From assembly GCA_963844035.1 (NCBI GenBank), contig CAWJMT010000007.1, positions 1-13,435 on the forward strand: a stretch of DNA of 13,435 nt, written 5' to 3'. The DNA comes from an uncultured Gemmatimonadales bacterium (GTDB lineage: Bacteria; Gemmatimonadota; Gemmatimonadetes; Gemmatimonadales; GWC2-71-9). This document shows positions 9,553-13,435 of this stretch, piece after piece. Every line of letters begins with the position of its first letter. Within the stretch, counting starts at the first letter, position 1. The notes beneath the pieces are model-generated. The model saw only the letters and a program-made list of their open reading frames with translations. It searched no databases and was not told the origin of the DNA. The position numbers were made by a program, and so were the translations under genes.

Positions 9553-10766
9553 GGAGCCGGCGCCAGCGCCACGGCGAGGGCGTCGAGCAGTGCGTCGATC
9601 ACCGCGGCGTCGTGTGCCGCGGAGACGGTGATCCGCAGGCGTGCCGTCCCGTCCGGGACGGTGGGTGGACGAATCGCGCCGACGAGGAACCCCGCGGCAT
9701 CGAGCGCCGCGCCGACGCGCATCGCGACGTCGCTGGCGCCGATCACCACCGGCACGATGTGGCCATCCTCCGGCCCGGCGAGCCCCAAGCCGCGGGCCGC
9801 CAATCCGGCACGCAGATGACGCGCGTTGGCGCGCAACCGCTCGCGACGTTCCGGTTCTCGCGCTAAGATGCCGAGCGCGGCCAGCGCGGCCGCCGCCAGC
9901 GCCGGCGGGCTTCCCGTCGTGTACACGAAGGCTCGTGCCCGGTTGGTGAGATAGTCCACCAGCACCCGTGACCCGGCCACGTACGCGCCCGCGACGCCGC
10001 ACGCCTTGCCCAGTGTGCCCATTGTGACATCGATCCCGGACGCAACGCCCCAATGCTCTGCGCTGCCACGGCCGCTCGGTCCAAGGACTCCCATCCCGTG
10101 CGCATCGTCGAGATAGATCCAGGCGTCGTGCCGGCGCGCGAGCGGCACCAGTGTATCGAGCGGGTACAGGTCGCCACCCATCGAGTAGATCCCCTCGATC
10201 ACGATCAGGCGGCGGCGATGCTTCCCGCGCTGCCGCTCGAGCGCGCGCTCCAGGGCGGCGACGTCGGCGTGAGGGACCACGTGCAGGTCAGCGCGTGACA
10301 GGCGGCAGCCGTCGATCAGCGACGCGTGGTTTGCCACGTCGGAATAGATCGCGTCCCCGCGTCCCACGAGCGCCGGAATCGCCCCCACGTTGGCCATGTA
10401 GCCGCTGGGGAACAGCAAAGTGGCCTCCGCGCCGGTGAACTGTGCGATGGCGCGCTCGAGCTCCGCGTGCAGCTCGTGGTGCCCGGAGATCAGGCGGGCC
10501 GCCGCGGCTCCGGTACCCGCGGTGCGCAACGCCCGAGCCGCAGCGTCGGCGAGCCGAGGATCGGAGGCGAGGCCGAGGTAGTCGTTCGAGGAAAAGTCCC
10601 GCAGCCCCCGGGTCTGGTGCGCGATGCGCGCACCCTCGCGTGCATGCAGCGCCCGCAGGGTGCGTTGCAGCCCGGCACCGGCCAGGGCGGCAAGCTCCTG
10701 CGACAGCACACCCTCGAGCGACGAGGGCGCGGCGGTTTCGGGTGGTCGGTCAGAGGCGGTCAGCAC
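9549..10766 (-). CDS. bioF: 8-amino-7-oxononanoate synthase, about 405 aa (start GTG 10766; alternative GTG 10709)
   Basis: Contains FSSNDYLGL, RLISG, FPSGYMAN, NHASLIDG, EGIYSMGGD, DDAHG, GTLGKACG (PLP Lys) and IRPPTVP...ARLR. It is the first gene of a coupled bioF-A-D-B run. Confidence 0.95.
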   Translation of the reverse strand: MLTASDRPPETAAPSSLEGVLSQELAALAGAGLQRTLRALHAREGARIAHQTRGLRDFSSNDYLGLASDPRLADAAARALRTAGTGAAAARLISGHHELHAELERAIAQFTGAEATLLFPSGYMANVGAIPALVGRGDAIYSDVANHASLIDGCRLSRADLHVVPHADVAALERALERQRGKHRRRLIVIEGIYSMGGDLYPLDTLVPLARRHDAWIYLDDAHGMGVLGPSGRGSAEHWGVASGIDVTMGTLGKACGVAGAYVAGSRVLVDYLTNRARAFVYTTGSPPALAAAALAALGILAREPERRERLRANARHLRAGLAARGLGLAGPEDGHIVPVVIGASDVAMRVGAALDAAGFLVGAIRPPTVPDGTARLRITVSAAHDAAVIDALLDALAVALAPAP

Positions 10767-10776
10767 GGCACCTGCT

Positions 10777-10805
10777 ATTCTAATCCCGCGGGTTTGGCTC
10801 GGCAC
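10777..10805 (-). promoter_or_regulatory. Candidate sigma70-type promoter for the bio operon
   Basis: TAGAAT (-10-like) lies at 10782-10777 on the - strand in otherwise GC-rich DNA. A weak -35-like GTGCCG sits 17 bp upstream (10805-10800). There are 10 nt between the -10 hexamer and the bioF GTG. Confidence 0.45.
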
Positions 10806-10868
10806 CGGCCCCCTAGCCCACAGGCCCCGCGCCGGGCTACGTTGAAGCAGGCCGTTGAGGTGACCACC

Positions 10869-12137
10869 ATGATGCATGCCCTGTTCGTCGTTCTTGCCCT
10901 GCAAGCGCCCGCGCCGTCCGCTCCCCCGCCGGTGCGCGTTTGGCTTGGCCCCGCTGCTGCTTCGGCCTCGGGGGATCGCGTCCGGGTATACGTCCAGACG
11001 GCGGCCGAAGGACACCTCGTTGTGCTGCACGCCAGGAGCGACGGGCAGGTCGAGGTGCTGTATCCCGCCGATCCCGCCCGCGACCCCTTCGTAAATCCCG
11101 GCACGTACGAGATTCGCGGACAGGACAGCCGCGATGGGGTAGCGGCCTCGGGACCCCAGGGACGTGGGACGGTGGTGGCAGCTTTGTCCCCCGATCCAAT
11201 CTGGTTCGACGAGTTCGTGCACCGCAGCATGTGGGACGCGACCACCTTGACGGGTGTTGGAGCGGGCGGGGACCCCGAAGGCGCCCTGACCGAGATCGTC
11301 CAGCGCATGCTGGGCGACGGATCGTTCAGCTACGACCTCGTCGCCTATGATGTCGCGCCGCCTCCGGCCCCCAACGTCGTGGCGGCGCCCGAGCCTAGCC
11401 CCGAGTCCACGGGTGGATGCGTCGACTGTTTCTATCCCCGCGTGGACTATCTCGTCTATCCGTACGGCATGAACTCCCTGGGCTATAGCTATAGCTATGG
11501 ATATGCCGACGTGCCACTCCGCCCCTATGTCGACCATCGCGGGATCGGGCACGCGGGCCGCGGTTTATACGGTGCTCTCCGGGATCCCCCGGCAATCGCC
11601 GTGTACTCGACGCAGCGGGGCAATGCGCTCGCGCCGATCAGCCTGCGCCAGGGGAATGTGGCCCGGCCAACCAGTGTCGTGGCCCCCCGACGCCGGACCC
11701 CGACGGCCGTCGCCGCCCCTGTCCCGGCAACCTTCGCGGCCCGTGCGGTGCCCCTCGTTGCGCGGACTCGGTCCGTGGGAGCGCCCGCGCCCGCAGCGCG
11801 GCGATCGGAGCTGCTCGTGCGATACACCAACGCCCCGCGGAGCCGGAGCGCGGTGTCGGTAGCAAGCAGTCCCTCCGCCACTATGGGGGTCGCCGCCGCG
11901 CGAACCCGCGTGGTCTCGGCGCCGGCTCCAAGACCGGCGATCGCTGCGCTCGCAGCTCCTGCCGTAGCGCCGGTTCGGCCCACGGCGCTCGGGCCCCGTT
12001 TCATCCCCCGAGCGGAGACCCAGCCCGCGAGCGCCTGGGTGGGAGTCGCGGCACGTTCGACCACTCAGGCCGGCGCCGGATCGGCGCATGGCGTGGGGCT
12101 GGACGCTGTACGCACCGCCGGGTATCGGCGCCGCTGA
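10869..12137 (+). CDS. Probable exported protein with an N-terminal DUF4384-like domain and long Ala/Pro/Arg/Val-rich tail, 422 aa
   Basis: GAGGTG at 10857-10862 precedes ATG 10869. A hydrophobic N-terminus MMHALFVVLALQ and Pro linker lead into GDRVRVYVQTAAEGHLVVLHARSDGQVEVLYP, which fits the DUF4384 pattern as I recall it. The globular part ends near FSYDLVAYDV. Confidence 0.7.
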   Translation: MMHALFVVLALQAPAPSAPPPVRVWLGPAAASASGDRVRVYVQTAAEGHLVVLHARSDGQVEVLYPADPARDPFVNPGTYEIRGQDSRDGVAASGPQGRGTVVAALSPDPIWFDEFVHRSMWDATTLTGVGAGGDPEGALTEIVQRMLGDGSFSYDLVAYDVAPPPAPNVVAAPEPSPESTGGCVDCFYPRVDYLVYPYGMNSLGYSYSYGYADVPLRPYVDHRGIGHAGRGLYGALRDPPAIAVYSTQRGNALAPISLRQGNVARPTSVVAPRRRTPTAVAAPVPATFAARAVPLVARTRSVGAPAPAARRSELLVRYTNAPRSRSAVSVASSPSATMGVAAARTRVVSAPAPRPAIAALAAPAVAPVRPTALGPRFIPRAETQPASAWVGVAARSTTQAGAGSAHGVGLDAVRTAGYRRR

Positions 12138-12184
12138 CCTCACGGCAAGTGGCCGTGCCACAACGCGTTGGACCGAGTCGCATC

Positions 12185-12212
12185 TTGACGCGTTAGGAAG
12201 GTGTTTTAGCTT
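12185..12212 (+). promoter_or_regulatory. Candidate sigma70-type promoter upstream of the aminotransferase leader
   Basis: TTGACG (12185-12190), 16-bp spacer, TAGCTT (12207-12212), in the intergenic region. Confidence 0.55.
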
Positions 12213-12259
12213 TCGGCAACGAGCATCTCGTTCGTGGTGATGCGCCGTGCTTTGCCACC

Positions 12260-12294
12260 ACGCCCGCGGCAGTCCTGCCGGGGCGTTTTTGTTT
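12260..12294 (+). terminator. Intrinsic-terminator-like hairpin upstream of the aminotransferase start
   Basis: ACGCCC-G-CGGCA / loop GTCC / TGCCG-GGGCGT forms 11 bp with one bulge, followed by TTTTGTTT. Confidence 0.65.
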
Positions 12295-12319
12295 CGGGGG
12301 AATTTTGCCTGGAGCCGGA

Positions 12320-13435
12320 GTGACTCACGCGAAGGGTTTCGCCGCACGCCTGGACAGCCTGGGGACCGAATCCGCCTATGTGGTTTTGGACGCGGCCCGG
12401 AAGCTCGAGGCTGCGGGCCATCGTGTCGTCCATCTCGAGATCGGCGAGCCGGATGTGCCGACGGCTCCGCACGTCATCGAGGCGGGGATCCGGGCCCTGC
12501 GTGAGGGGCGTACCCGGTATGCAGTGGCGGCCGGGGTGCCCGAGTTCCGCGACGCCATCGCCCAGGCGATGGTGCCGCGCGGTGTTCGCGTTGCGGCCGA
12601 GAACGTGATCGTCACGCCGGGCGCGAAGCCGATGCTGTTCTGCGCGGCGCTGGCGCTCATCAACCCGGGTGACGAGGTGCTGTGCCCCAACCCCGGGTTC
12701 CCGATTTACGAGTCGGTGGTGCGCTTCGCTGGTGGCAAGCCGGTCTACTACCCATTGGACAAGACGCGGGGCTTTGCGCCCGACGTCGCCGCGATCGCGG
12801 CGCTCATCACGCCCCGCACCCGCGTGATGATCCTGAACCTGCCCCACAACCCGACCGGCGGCATGGCGACGCCGGATGACCTCGCGCGTCTGGCGCAGCT
12901 GGCCGAACGGCACGACCTGTGGGTGATCAGCGACGAAGTGTACTGGCACATCACCTACGGTCCACACGCGAACAGCATCGCCGCGCTCCCGGGTATGGCG
13001 CAGCGGACGGTGATCGTGGATGGATTCTCGAAGGGCTACTCAATGACCGGGTGGCGGCTCGGTTACGGGGTGATGCCGAAGGCCCTCGCGGGTCCGATGA
13101 CCACGCTCATCATCAACAATCTCTCCTGCACCGCGACGTTCGTGCAGTACGCTGGGCTCGCGGCGCTGCAGGGTCCCCAGGACTCCGTGTTGAAGATGGT
13201 CGCGGGACTGAAGACCAAACGCGATCTGGTGATTGCCGGCCTGAACGCGATCGACGGGGTGACTTGTGCCTCTCCTGCCGGTGCGTTCTACGCGTTCCCG
13301 GACTTGAGCGGGTTGCTCGAGCGTACAGGCCTGTCGTGCGAATCCTTCGCGGAGCGGCTCCTCTCCGAAGCGCACACGGCTGTGCTCGCGGGGACGGCTT
13401 TTGGGTCGGCTGGGGAAGGGCACCTGCGCCTGTCA
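12320..13435 (+). CDS. PLP-dependent aminotransferase class I/II (aspartate/aromatic aminotransferase-like), 3'-partial
   Basis: Absent from the ORF track because it has no stop in the window. GGAG at 12311-12314 precedes GTG 12320: MTHAKGFAARLDSLGTESAY. Motifs are LEIGEPD, VTPGAK, PGDEVLCPNPGFPIY, NLPHNPTGG, SDEVY, GFSKGYSMTGWRLGY (PLP Lys at 13031-13033), GAFYAF and EGHLRLS. The frame is continuous to the window edge. Confidence 0.95.
   Translation, partial: MTHAKGFAARLDSLGTESAYVVLDAARKLEAAGHRVVHLEIGEPDVPTAPHVIEAGIRALREGRTRYAVAAGVPEFRDAIAQAMVPRGVRVAAENVIVTPGAKPMLFCAALALINPGDEVLCPNPGFPIYESVVRFAGGKPVYYPLDKTRGFAPDVAAIAALITPRTRVMILNLPHNPTGGMATPDDLARLAQLAERHDLWVISDEVYWHITYGPHANSIAALPGMAQRTVIVDGFSKGYSMTGWRLGYGVMPKALAGPMTTLIINNLSCTATFVQYAGLAALQGPQDSVLKMVAGLKTKRDLVIAGLNAIDGVTCASPAGAFYAFPDLSGLLERTGLSCESFAERLLSEAHTAVLAGTAFGSAGEGHLRLS

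Noticed and set aside
11482..11498. GCTATA tandem repeat
   Set aside because: It has fewer than three full units and simply encodes YSYSY in the Tyr-rich segment. It is not an array.
9549..11552. 667-aa N-terminally extended BioF, and similar extensions of BioA (to 10053) and the DUF4384-like ORF (from 10326)
   Set aside because: The extensions overlap neighbouring genes and lack family motifs. They are open only because stop codons are scarce in GC-rich DNA, and better starts with coupling or RBS evidence exist.
12141..12157. Hairpin CACGGC-aagtg-GCCGTG just after the DUF4384-like stop
   Set aside because: It has only 6 bp and no U-tract, too weak to call as a terminator.
1..13435. tRNA, rRNA, CRISPR array, insertion sequence, integrase or phage genes
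   Set aside because: None seen. Nearly the whole window is accounted for by the ten CDS, and the intergenic gaps are short with no repeat-spacer pattern, terminal inverted repeats or cloverleaf.

Overview
This is a high-GC bacterial window with ten protein-coding genes in four blocks. (1) A + strand tripartite RND efflux operon: a membrane-fusion lipoprotein (5' end outside the window), an AcrB/HAE1-type permease and an OprM/NodT-type outer-membrane lipoprotein, followed by a metallo-beta-lactamase-fold hydrolase with a probable signal peptide. (2) A convergent, translationally coupled - strand biotin operon, bioF-bioA-bioD-bioB, with no pimelate-supply gene. (3) A divergent, probably exported DUF4384-like protein with a long low-complexity tail. 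(4) A class I/II PLP aminotransferase running off the right edge, preceded by a promoter-like sequence, a structured leader and an intrinsic-terminator-like hairpin. Six genes in the left 7.7 kb carry 12 frameshifts, each repairable by deleting one base, which most likely reflects sequencing error. One of them creates a false BioD-BioB fusion in the ORF track. I found no RNA genes, mobile elements or CRISPR arrays, and I cannot support a clearly new multi-gene system. The best leads are the attenuator-like leader at 12185-12323, two candidate operators, and a possible cysteine pair at the RND binding pocket. All family assignments come from motif recognition by eye, not from database searches.
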